Assembly: GCA_964493985.1 (NCBI GenBank)
Contig: CAZBQL010000002.1
Location: 2,824 to 66,823 of the forward strand
DNA length: 64,000 nucleotides
Origin: an uncultured Dehalococcoidales bacterium
GTDB lineage: Bacteria > Chloroflexota > Dehalococcoidia > Dehalococcoidales > UBA2162
Reading direction: 5' to 3'
The position numbers and the translations under genes are program-made. The first letter of the stretch is position 1; each line of letters begins with the position of its first letter. Below are positions 29,141 to 38,413 of this stretch, piece after piece. Below the pieces are notes generated by a model. That model ran no database searches. It was given only the letters and a program-made list of their open reading frames with translations, and was not told where the DNA came from.

Positions 29141-31057
29141 CTATCCTACATAAACACCGGTGTAGTCTTTGTTGTTGGCTTCATAATTTTCTTTTAGATT
29201 GCCCCAGTAGTCCAGGGGTACCTCACCGATAGTTACCTTATCGTTTTCAAGTCGTATAGTGATAAACTTGTTCCATTCCGGCGGGTCCAGTTCCGGGTAA
29301 TCAATCCTGTAGAAATCGAGATACCGGCTGCTTGCTTTACGCGCCAGAGAAGCGTGGAGGATTATCTGGGCATAGGTTAGAATGCTCAGGTCTTCCAGGC
29401 TGCGCAGCAGTTTATGCGGGTCAAGCGCGTACAGCTTCGGCACCCAGTTCTCTTCAATGTCCTTAAGTGAGTTTAACGCCAGATTGAAAAGCGATTCGGT
29501 CTTGTATTCGCTGCAGAAATACTGCATGGTCCTGGCAATCCCCGCATGGAGTTCCTTCCACTCTATTCCATCACTTCTCTTAACAGGGGCGTAGACCCTT
29601 GCCTTCTCTCTGGATATCTGCTCTCGTGATATCGTTGGTTTGCCGGCTTGCCGGGCAAAGTCGGCAGCCTTTCTTCCGGCGTATCGGCCCGTGGAAGCAG
29701 CAAAACTGGTATCTCCGATGGCAAATAGCTGGCTTCCGGCGGCATACAGCCCTTCCACGCTGCTTCTTAAATCCCAGTCAATCATCACACCACTGCCACG
29801 GGTACCCGGTATATCGATTGCGCGCCATTGAGGTGGGCTGACTCCCTCTATCAACTGGTAATTCATTAACTGGTCTTTCGATGGGTCGAATCCTGCTTCG
29901 TTGAAGGTATCTACAATTATCTTGGTAACCGATTCCTCCTGCAGCATCATACCCCACGTTATGTTTCGTTCCATTTCGGGCATACCGGGGAAATCTCCGT
30001 AGAATGGCAGAGCGTATTCCCCTTTGAGAACACCATCACGAATTGCCTGCCACGGTCCGGTTCGCGCCTGCCGGTCGACAGGCTGGGGATTTACTCCCCA
30101 TCCCTGATTTCCTACCGGAAGCTTCTTACCGTTAGCATCCACAAGCTGAACATTCTCGTAACTGGCATCTCCGGCACCGCCATACCATTTATGTTTGTAG
30201 CCGGTACCGATGCCCAGCAGCCCGGATTTCTCCATCAAAGTAAGAGAAGCCCCCGCCCTCCAGGCCATAGCATTGCCATCGCCGGACAGGGCACGGGACT
30301 GGTGAGTGGAAATACCGGCTAGTTCCGTATTGAAAACCCAGATCGAGCCGGGTACTCCCGTACACAGTACCGTCGCTCTGGATTTGAAGACCATGAATTC
30401 GCCGGTCCTGTTATTTATTCCCGTAGCACCGACAATCCTGGCCCCCTGGATGCCTTTTTCATTTAACAGGCTGGTGACCATCACTCTATCGTAAATACTG
30501 ACTCCCAGGCGCAGACATTCTTTTCGCAGTACTGGCTTAAAAGTAGTCCCCCAGACACGGAATACAACATTCGACTCATGAAACGCATTGTTCCTTGGAG
30601 AAAACATGAATTTGGTCTCTTCATCCCTGCCCTCGGCACCTTTCCATTCATCATCGGTATCTCTGATTTTACCGCCCATCTGTTCCAGTTCAAGAAGTGT
30701 ATCATAGTCTTCCCGGCATTGTATCTGACGACCAATCCCACAGTTATAGCCGCCATTTGCGTTTGTCAATCGCTGCGCCCACTCATCGGGGTCAACCCTG
30801 GATAAAGGGTGGTTGGGCGCATCACACCAGTGGTCGACTCCGGGACCAACGGCGCCGCTCCTTACTGTAGCCGACTTTTCGACCAGTGCCACTCTCAGAC
30901 CTTCTCTGGCAGCACTGATTGCCGCCCAGCACCCTGCCATCCCGCCACCTATTACAAGAATATCCGTATCGATTTCCTGTTCTTCGTCATAAAGTATCGG
31001 ATACGGCCAGTCGGGTGGACGGGATTCTTGATTAATAAATTCGTGAAATAATGCCAT
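29141..31057 (-). CDS. FAD-dependent oxidoreductase, adenylylsulfate-reductase-alpha-like / fumarate-reductase flavoprotein superfamily
   Basis: A dinucleotide fold DILVIGGGMAGCWAAISAAREG is followed by LVEKSATVRSGAVGPGVDHW, which resembles the AprA pattern (EK..RSGAV..G). Length is 638 aa and it is paired with an AprB-like ferredoxin. The substrate is unknown. Confidence 0.65.
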   Translation of the reverse strand: MALFHEFINQESRPPDWPYPILYDEEQEIDTDILVIGGGMAGCWAAISAAREGLRVALVEKSATVRSGAVGPGVDHWCDAPNHPLSRVDPDEWAQRLTNANGGYNCGIGRQIQCREDYDTLLELEQMGGKIRDTDDEWKGAEGRDEETKFMFSPRNNAFHESNVVFRVWGTTFKPVLRKECLRLGVSIYDRVMVTSLLNEKGIQGARIVGATGINNRTGEFMVFKSRATVLCTGVPGSIWVFNTELAGISTHQSRALSGDGNAMAWRAGASLTLMEKSGLLGIGTGYKHKWYGGAGDASYENVQLVDANGKKLPVGNQGWGVNPQPVDRQARTGPWQAIRDGVLKGEYALPFYGDFPGMPEMERNITWGMMLQEESVTKIIVDTFNEAGFDPSKDQLMNYQLIEGVSPPQWRAIDIPGTRGSGVMIDWDLRSSVEGLYAAGSQLFAIGDTSFAASTGRYAGRKAADFARQAGKPTISREQISREKARVYAPVKRSDGIEWKELHAGIARTMQYFCSEYKTESLFNLALNSLKDIEENWVPKLYALDPHKLLRSLEDLSILTYAQIILHASLARKASSRYLDFYRIDYPELDPPEWNKFITIRLENDKVTIGEVPLDYWGNLKENYEANNKDYTGVYVG

Positions 31058-31163
31058 TTTCTTACCTCCATATCATACAAAAACTCTCATCTGGTCACAT
31101 AAAAAGCCCGCAATGCTTCATTATTTTTTTTTGTATTTCGCCTCTCTTCGTATTATCAATACA

Positions 31164-32504
31164 TTAATAACTATTAAGTTGAACCGGTGGAGTCGGTTTG
31201 GGTGTAAACAAAAACAGTACCGATGAAATAATTGCGAACGATATCGCTACTATCCAGGCAAGCTCATACGTGCCATAGACATCAAAAATTATCCCTGCAA
31301 AGGGCGCACCGGCGAAACTTAAAGCTGTGGTTACAGGCAACGCAAGTCCTCTTATACTTCCTATATTGGCTTTGCCAAAATAATTAGGGTATATGATACT
31401 CATTATAATCATCTGGCTTGTTGCTGCGATGCCAAAAAGTCCATTAGCCACAAAAGCCTGCCATGCTTCCGTGGTTACAAACATAAGCAAGATGACAATT
31501 ACCCTTACAAGCTGAGACCCTATCAGCAGGTAACGCAGTCGTATACGCCCGGCTGCATAGCCTATGGGCATAATTATAGCCAGGACAATCACCGCCTCAA
31601 AAGAAAGGGAGTAGGCTACGATCTGCGGATCAATTCCCCGGCTGACGAAATGAGGAACACGAAATAGCTGGATAGTGCCATTGGCGAACGCAGCCAGCCC
31701 AAAGGCCAGAGAAAGCTTCCAGAAAGCTGGAGAATGAATAGCTTCTGCTCGCGTCCAGGAATACTCTTCCAAGGCTTCATCAGGGTCATCTTGCCGTTGT
31801 TCGCCTTCAATCGGACCATTATTATCAATATCAGGTACTTGTATAGAATTGCCGTCGATGAACTGACCTATATCTTCCGGCTTACGCCTTATAAGCAGAG
31901 CGACAAGAAGAACAACCACACCTCCGACAATTCCCAGGATGACCGTAGCATTACGCCATCCTATACTCTCAATCAGGTACGCTGTCAGAGGAGCAAATAT
32001 GAGTATCCCGATCGAGGTGCCGAGGAATACTCGGGACATTGCCTGGCTCCGCTTGCGTACGAACCAGTTTGAAATGGTAACCACCGTGTATAAATTACCG
32101 CCGCCTCCCTGTAGCCCTATCAGCCCCATCATTAAAAAAATAGCAACTACCTGCCAGCCTTCCTGTATAATCGACATCATTAGTATAACGCCGCAGATAA
32201 GAATTCCGGCGATTGCCATCGGCCAGCGGGCTCCATAGCGATCCAATATTCGCCCGAGAACTAACCCGGAAGCAGCACTGCCAAGTAACCTGGCCGACTG
32301 CGCCCATCCAAAGAATGTCTGGCCGATCTTTAACTCGCGGCTGATAGGTTCAATGAAGAGTCCGAAGTTTATTCCCAGCATACCCATCGAGACCATGGTA
32401 ACCAGGCCAAGGCCGCTTACAATTACCCAGCCATAGAAGATTGGTTTCTCTCTGAATGACAGATTATAAAAATTCATAATGTGTTTGATCTTCACACCAC
32501 CCAA
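31164..32504 (-). CDS. MFS transporter
   Basis: About 12 predicted hydrophobic helices surround a central charged loop (PEDIGQFIDG...DDPDEALEEY), and an MFS-type GRILDRYG motif is present. The track start at 32504 is TTG. ATG at 32477 (MNFYNL...) is an alternative. Confidence 0.8.
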   Translation of the reverse strand: MGGVKIKHIMNFYNLSFREKPIFYGWVIVSGLGLVTMVSMGMLGINFGLFIEPISRELKIGQTFFGWAQSARLLGSAASGLVLGRILDRYGARWPMAIAGILICGVILMMSIIQEGWQVVAIFLMMGLIGLQGGGGNLYTVVTISNWFVRKRSQAMSRVFLGTSIGILIFAPLTAYLIESIGWRNATVILGIVGGVVVLLVALLIRRKPEDIGQFIDGNSIQVPDIDNNGPIEGEQRQDDPDEALEEYSWTRAEAIHSPAFWKLSLAFGLAAFANGTIQLFRVPHFVSRGIDPQIVAYSLSFEAVIVLAIIMPIGYAAGRIRLRYLLIGSQLVRVIVILLMFVTTEAWQAFVANGLFGIAATSQMIIMSIIYPNYFGKANIGSIRGLALPVTTALSFAGAPFAGIIFDVYGTYELAWIVAISFAIISSVLFLFTPKPTPPVQLNSY

Positions 32505-32705
32505 CAGCCCGGCTTAAATCGGTTGGGTATGTTTTTTAGCATGAAGGATATAGTACTATAACCATATTAAAAACCGTGATAACCTGCAACCTGCATGTTG
32601 GTGAGGAAAAGACATATATTGTCAAAAGACCTCCGATTTTATCCAGAGGTCCAATAATTGACTCTTATTTAAGACCACTATCAGTGCAATATATATTACG
32701 GGCGG

Positions 32706-34499
32706 TTATGCACTGCCGGCTTTCGTTAGCGTAGCGCCTGTAATCTGCTTTGTTAAAATCCCTTTTGGTGCATATAAAGCCTCTCTAAGGTAATTAAAGG
32801 AGAAAGCAGAGCCGGGCGACCCACCGCTAACAAAGAAGTGAATACATTCCGGCGAAACAAGAACAGGGACCACCTCTCCCGGATTTAGCGCTTTTTCAAA
32901 AACAGGTCTTCGATCTGCGGGAATTGCCCCATTTTCGATTGCCTGTTGAATACCTTTCTTATCGTCCTCATTGAGGTCTTCATACCTCACTGCAATTCTT
33001 CGATATAGCTCGTTTCTAAGACTTTCCTGGTCGTAGCCCATCTTATTCAATTCACTAACCAGTTCGGGGAACAGAATAATATAATGATTGTTGGTTACTT
33101 TCTGAAGGACCATTCCCGTAATTCCCCAGCGGGGGAACAACCAGCGGTCGGTAAATATCAAACGGGCAACAATATTATCCAGTATCGAATCTGCTGTCCA
33201 GGTCCCGATCATACCTCCGTAGTGATTGGTCTGAGGGGTGGCGTTTGATACTGTAGCGACAGTGACGCAGCTGTCATCCGGTTGAAAACCCTGAGTCGTA
33301 TGGTAAGGTAGCCAGGGGTTTGCGTCGTTCTCCGTAAAAGTATAAAAAATATGCGGGTTTACCCTTCCGGTAATGGCCATATCATTCAAACCGGGCCAGG
33401 TCCGACCGATATTGAGTGTCACCAATCTCACAGCACGCCCGATCGAGCTGTTCGCCCGCCAGCCATGCCCGAGGAAGCCGATTCCGGAATTCATATTGAT
33501 TTCTTTTCCCATCGGACCTGATACCACTATCATAAAAGAGAAAGAACCTGCCGAAGTAAGGACATGAAGGTGGTCGAAATCCGGATCAAGTATTATTTCC
33601 ACGGCAGTTATGATTACCGGAAAGTATTCAGGTCTTGCTCCCGCCATTACAGCGTTTATAGCGATTTTTTCTATAGTAGCTGTGCCTAACTTAGGTTTCA
33701 TCTTGCCAATCACTTCATCAGGAGAACGCTTTGTTCCGGAAAGCATCCACTCAACATGTTCGGGAGTAGGAGGTACCAGGGGCAGTCCATCACCCCAGCC
33801 TTTGGAGAGATAATCTTGACCGAATTCCTCGCAGACCATCGGGATAAACTCTGAGATGTATGTAAGTGTACCTGGTCCGTCTTCGTCAATTTCCTGTGGA
33901 GGCGTGTTTGTTTCTTCCGGTGTCAGAGGAATGGTTAATGCGTCGATAAGATCGTCAAACACTGCTTCCACAAGCGGTCTTATTGTATCTATGGTCCCCC
34001 GTAGTTTATAAAATTCAGATGATTTAATTTGTCGATGACGGAAATTGGGCATAGAATGATCGCCTGCTGCAGAAATCGCATCGAAATTAAAAGTATCACA
34101 ATTAATAAATACGCCAGGTTTACCCATTCTCTCCAGCTTTACTGTACCGGCAACGCCGGTATACGTGCAGGAACCTCAATCTCCAACCCCGTAAATAAAG
34201 GTATCGATCTGAGAACCCCACTCATTTGCGTTTTTATCATTTATCAGGTAATCACCCGATAAATAGATTGTCTTCGCAGTGGGATATTTCCCTTTTAACA
34301 GTTCCGCGAATACCGTGTAAAATCTATCTACTCCATCTTTCCCATTCGAGTATAAGCCCACTGTTTTACCTTCCAGGCTATCGATACGTGGTGCAGGCGC
34401 ATAGGTCGGGGACGATTCAACTACTCCGCGGGGATTAAGAACTTCTATTTTTTCTATTTTACTCACTTTGGACCTCGAACTTTTTCTTGAGTATACCAT
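32706..34499 (-). CDS. Putative selenoprotein: UGSC-motif domain fused to a ~430-aa conserved uncharacterised domain (in-frame TGA at 34176-34178 read as Sec)
   Basis: Track ORFs 34176..34499 and 32706..34127 share one frame and are separated only by a TGA. Hand translation across the junction gives ...FIYGVGD-U-GSCTYTGVAGTVKLERMGKPGVF... A hairpin lies 14 nt downstream of the TGA. The likely true start is GTG 34466 (GAGG 6 nt upstream). See finding. Confidence 0.65.
34145..34161 (-). promoter_or_regulatory. Candidate bacterial SECIS stem-loop
   Basis: On the minus-strand RNA, UACCGGC-GUU-GCCGGUA forms a perfect 7-bp stem with a 3-nt G/U loop. It starts 14 nt 3' of the in-frame UGA. Confidence 0.45.
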
Positions 34500-34560
34500 T
34501 AACTATTGGGAAGAGTTAAAATCAAATAACAATAATACACTGATCGAAGGAGACGAAATT

Positions 34561-35364
34561 ATGAGTCTGCCAGATTTCTCTTTAAATGACAAAGTTGCCC
34601 TGGTTATAGGAGCAGGGAGTGTCAGGGGTATAGGGAGAGAAATAGCGTTAACCTTTGCTGAAGCCGGCGCTGATGTAGCAATTTCCGGTATAAGCTCCAA
34701 ATCATCGACCAGCGATCTGGATAGTACTGCCCGGGCTATCAAAGAGTTAGGACACCGCACTCTCGCTATGCGAACCGATGCCACGAAAGAGAGTGAAGTG
34801 AACGCCCTCATGGACGCGGTGGCTAAGGAGTTCGGCACTATCGATATCCTGGTAAATAATGCCGGTGCATCCGCTCACGAAACACTTCTGAAAACCACCG
34901 AAGAACTGTGGGACAGGGCAATGAATATCAACTTGAAAAGTGCATATTTAGGTTGTCGTGCCGCAGCGCGTATAATGACGGAAAATAATTCCGGTAATAT
35001 TATTAATATGGCATCGATAGGGGGACTCAAGACAGGCAGCGCCTGCGTATATGGTATCGCCAAAGCCGGGGTAATCGTTCTGACCGAATGGTTAGCCAAT
35101 GAATTAGCGGCGTATAATATCAGGGTAAATTGCCTCGCTCCAGGACCTATCGATACCGATATAGGCTTAAACAGGATCGGACGTCCACCCTGGGAAGTAG
35201 CCAGTGGTACGTATGAACAAATGATTCAGAAAGGTGAAACACCCCTGGGTGGAAAAGGTAAAACGAGCGACGTGGCAAGTGCGGCATTATTCCTGGCATC
35301 AAATGCTTCGCGTTTTATTACGGGAGAAACAATAATAATCGATGGTGGTATGGTCCTGATATAA
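34561..35364 (+). CDS. Short-chain dehydrogenase/reductase (SDR)
   Basis: KVALVIGAGSVRGIG (Rossmann), NNAG, and catalytic S...YGIAKAG (YxxxK) are present. The start is ATG 34561 after GGAG. The track extension to 34468 (TTG) has no SDR-like sequence. Confidence 0.85.
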   Translation: MSLPDFSLNDKVALVIGAGSVRGIGREIALTFAEAGADVAISGISSKSSTSDLDSTARAIKELGHRTLAMRTDATKESEVNALMDAVAKEFGTIDILVNNAGASAHETLLKTTEELWDRAMNINLKSAYLGCRAAARIMTENNSGNIINMASIGGLKTGSACVYGIAKAGVIVLTEWLANELAAYNIRVNCLAPGPIDTDIGLNRIGRPPWEVASGTYEQMIQKGETPLGGKGKTSDVASAALFLASNASRFITGETIIIDGGMVLI

Positions 35365-35489
35365 CTGATGGCTACGGGTGGGCTGGCCTACCGATAAGCT
35401 CTGCAATTTAAAAGAAAGCGATTTTCTATTATAATGCCAGAATACCACTTCATCCGGATAATTGACGGGCAAAGCACGGAGAGACCAAG

Positions 35490-37124
35490 ATGGCACTCGA
35501 AGGATTTATCGGACCGCATATAGAAGACGAAAAACGCTATATCGCCAATGGCTGGTGGCGGAACGTAACTTTCGGTGACGTGCTGGACGAGGTTGCTGAG
35601 AAATACCCGGAAAAAGAGGCATTTGTCGATAACAAAGTGAGACTAACCTTCACACAGCTGCGGGAAACGATAAACAGTCTTGCGGCGAATCTTGTTGAGC
35701 TTGGAATCGCAAAAGGCGACCGCGTGTTACTTCAACTACCGAACTGGTCAGAATTTCTTTTCAGTTTTTACGCTCTACAGAAGATCGGTGCGCCGGCAGT
35801 GCTGATGCTGCCGAGGCATGGTCTTAGAGAAATTGACCATTTCAGCCGCATGACGAAAGCCAAAGCCTGGATAATGCCTGAAAACTATCACAAAACTAAC
35901 TATATTCCTGTGATAGTTCAAGCTTTGAAATCCAATCCCACGCTAAAACACATCATCATTGTTCGGGGAAGAGAAAACAGCTCTTTCATCTCTTTCGATA
36001 AACTCCTGAATGGCAGAACGCCCAACCGAAAACCACAAATCATAGAGAATGGACCGGAGGCATCGGATGTGGTGTTTATTATGCCTACCGGAGGTACTAC
36101 CGGTCTACCAAAGGCAGTACCGCGTACTCATAACAGCGCCGCCTGTGATGCCTGGTATAGGACAGAAGCCCGGGAACAGGGAAAAGATGATATCTGCCTT
36201 CTTTCGGTACCCTTGGAGCATAATCTTGGACTGGCAGCAATGAATGGAACAATTCTTACCGGCGGGAAACTGGTATTTCTGGATTCTACTAAACCGGAAG
36301 ACTTCTGCGAGACTGTTGAGAAGGAAAAGGTAACCTGCGCTCCACTGGTGCCGACATTACTTTCGAGGCTGGTAAATTTTTCTAACCTGGATAATTATGA
36401 TTTACGTTCGCTGAGGGCTTTGTATGTAGGCGGTGCGAAAACTCCTCCCGATATAATTCGTGCGGTGCATAAAAGGATGGGCAACATATATATATGTGCT
36501 TTCGGCATGTCCGAAGGTACCGGCTGCACTACCCGATTGGATGACAACCTGGATGTAATTCTAAATTCCGTCGGAAAGCCATGCTGTCCTCATGATGATT
36601 ACAGGATAGTTGATGATGAAGGAAGGGAAGTTCCGGTAAACACCGAAGGCGAACTGATAGTCAAGGGACCGAGTATATTTTTCGGTTACCTGAACAATCC
36701 TGAGGAAAACGCACGAGCATTTACAAAGGAGGGCTATTTCATCACCGGAGACCAGGCGGTGATAGATGAAAATGGGTATTTCAGGATAACAGGCCGGTCA
36801 AAGGATATTATTATACGTGGGGGAGAAAACATCAGTCCGGCTGATATCGAGGTAATGATTCGAGACCACCCGAAAGTGGAAGATGTTGCTGTTATCGGCA
36901 TACCCGATGAAGAATTTGGAGAGAGAGTATGCGCATATATAAAGACTAAAGGAGATACCACCATTTCCCTATCGGACATCACCGGATTCTTAAACGAGCA
37001 GGGTGCATCGGTCCTTCAACTCCCGGAAAGGATTGAGATAATTGATGAAATTCCATTGACTAATATCGGTAAGCCGGACAAGAAAGCACTGAAAGAAGAC
37101 TATTTAAGGCGTAGAGACGGATAG
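35490..37124 (+). CDS. Aryl-acid adenylating enzyme / CoA ligase (ANL superfamily, EntE/DhbE-like)
   Basis: The AMP-binding motifs are MPTGGTTGLPKAVPRTH, GYFITGDQ and IIRGGENISPADIE. The N-terminal region GWWRNVTFGDVLDEVAEKYPEKEAF..LQLPNWSEF aligns by eye with 2,3-dihydroxybenzoate-AMP ligase. Confidence 0.85.
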   Translation: MALEGFIGPHIEDEKRYIANGWWRNVTFGDVLDEVAEKYPEKEAFVDNKVRLTFTQLRETINSLAANLVELGIAKGDRVLLQLPNWSEFLFSFYALQKIGAPAVLMLPRHGLREIDHFSRMTKAKAWIMPENYHKTNYIPVIVQALKSNPTLKHIIIVRGRENSSFISFDKLLNGRTPNRKPQIIENGPEASDVVFIMPTGGTTGLPKAVPRTHNSAACDAWYRTEAREQGKDDICLLSVPLEHNLGLAAMNGTILTGGKLVFLDSTKPEDFCETVEKEKVTCAPLVPTLLSRLVNFSNLDNYDLRSLRALYVGGAKTPPDIIRAVHKRMGNIYICAFGMSEGTGCTTRLDDNLDVILNSVGKPCCPHDDYRIVDDEGREVPVNTEGELIVKGPSIFFGYLNNPEENARAFTKEGYFITGDQAVIDENGYFRITGRSKDIIIRGGENISPADIEVMIRDHPKVEDVAVIGIPDEEFGERVCAYIKTKGDTTISLSDITGFLNEQGASVLQLPERIEIIDEIPLTNIGKPDKKALKEDYLRRRDG

Positions 37125-37182
37125 CAAATTGAGTATACAAGAAAGTTATAACTTATTAACAGTTTGTGAAAAGGACGACAAT

Positions 37183-37533
37183 ATGAAAATAACGAGAATG
37201 TACACCGGTGAGGATGGCGAATCCCATTTCGAAGACATCGATATCTCTTTGGGCAGTCCTGACAAATCCGACCGACGGTCGGAACTTATTAAAGCAACAG
37301 GTATCATCTTCAGGGAGACCGGAGGTGATTACTCTCTGAAATTCCACAACGCACCGCGCCGCCAGTTTGTAATCAACCTTGAAGGCTCTGTAGAGATAAT
37401 TTTGGGTGACGGGTCAAGCCGGATACTCGGACCTGGAGAAATCCTCCTGGCGGAAGATACCACCGGTAGAGGACACATAAGCCGAGCCGTCAACAACCAG
37501 TCAAGAAAGTCTATCTTTGTTACTCTTGACTGA
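37183..37533 (+). CDS. Small cupin-like protein of unknown function
   Basis: Length is 116 aa from ATG 37183. It is beta-rich with a G-x-x-x-L-x-ED-x-G-x-GH pattern (GPGEILLAEDTTGRGH) reminiscent of a cupin fold. This is a weak assignment. Confidence 0.45.
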   Translation: MKITRMYTGEDGESHFEDIDISLGSPDKSDRRSELIKATGIIFRETGGDYSLKFHNAPRRQFVINLEGSVEIILGDGSSRILGPGEILLAEDTTGRGHISRAVNNQSRKSIFVTLD

Positions 37534-37579
37534 AATTTAAATCTTCTCATTTCAGCCAGTACTGGTAAGGGGGAACGAT

Positions 37580-38365
37580 ATGGCAGAAAGGAAGCCACGA
37601 CTCGAGGGAAAGGTAGCAATAGTGACCGGTGCCGGTTCACGCGGACAGGGGATCGGTAATGGCAAAGCAGCGGCGGTATTGTTTGCGAGGGAAGGCGCCA
37701 AAGTATTGCTTGTAGATCTTATTCCTGACAGGGTGAATGAAACACTGGAGATGATTGTGACCGAAGGTGGTGAAGCCAGCGTTTTCACCGGTGATGTAAC
37801 CTTGCCCGAAGACTGCCTGGTAATAGTGAAAACAGCAGTTGAACGCTACGGAAAGCTGGATATACTTCACAACAACGTCGGAATCGACAGCGCCGGAGGC
37901 ATAGTCGACGTTGAAATAGAAGAGTGGGACAGGGTAATGAACGTCAACCTGAAGAGTATGATGCTGATGTGCCGTGCCGCTGTTCCGCAAATGATTTCCG
38001 GTGGAGGTGGCTCCATTACCAATATTTCGTCCATTGCCGCGTTAAGGCCGCGTAACATGGACGCTTATTCCACCTCTAAAGGCGGTGTTATCGCGTTGAC
38101 AAAGACACTGGCATCCTCCCACGCAAAAGACCACATCCGCGTGAATTGCATCATCCCCGGTATGGTCTACACGCCGATGGTTGCCGGGGGAATGGACGAG
38201 GAAACGCGCGAGAAACGCTGGCAGTCGACTCCGCTTCAAACAGAAGGCACAGCCTGGGATATCGGCTGGGCGGCAGTATTCCTGAACAGCGACGAGGCAC
38301 GATGGATTACAGGAACCATTCTGCCGGTGGACGGAGGGGCGTTACTGACGAGGCGTAGCTTCTAA
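37580..38365 (+). CDS. Short-chain dehydrogenase/reductase (SDR)
   Basis: GKVAIVTGAGSRGQGIGNGKA, HNNVG and catalytic YSTSKGG are present. It is a paralogue of the SDR at 39427. Confidence 0.85.
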   Translation: MAERKPRLEGKVAIVTGAGSRGQGIGNGKAAAVLFAREGAKVLLVDLIPDRVNETLEMIVTEGGEASVFTGDVTLPEDCLVIVKTAVERYGKLDILHNNVGIDSAGGIVDVEIEEWDRVMNVNLKSMMLMCRAAVPQMISGGGGSITNISSIAALRPRNMDAYSTSKGGVIALTKTLASSHAKDHIRVNCIIPGMVYTPMVAGGMDEETREKRWQSTPLQTEGTAWDIGWAAVFLNSDEARWITGTILPVDGGALLTRRSF

Positions 38366-38413
38366 ACGAACAATGTATTGAATTATTTCTATACCAGTGA
38401 AAGGTAATATAAG

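Noticed and set aside
29126-29143. The AprA-like and AprB-like ORFs are in the same frame and separated by a single stop. This raised the possibility of stop-codon readthrough (Sec or Pyl).
   Set aside because: The stop is TAG, not TGA. It is followed by a clean AAGGAG Shine-Dalgarno and an ATG at correct spacing, and the two products correspond to separate subunits in the AprAB paradigm. This is an ordinary gene boundary.
32499-32537. A 7-bp hairpin ACCCAAC/GTTGGGT followed by a T-run, resembling a rho-independent terminator.
   Set aside because: The T-run follows the hairpin only on the plus strand, where no gene ends. On the coding (minus) strand it sits just upstream of, or overlapping, the MFS start. 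It may be a 5'-UTR structure, but I cannot support a function.
34468-34560. An N-terminal extension of the first SDR in the ORF track (TTG start, MDLELFLEYTINYWEELKSNNNNTLIEGDEI).
   Set aside because: It has no SDR homology and overlaps the divergent promoter and start region of the UGSC gene. A good GGAG plus ATG at 34561 begins the conserved Rossmann motif.
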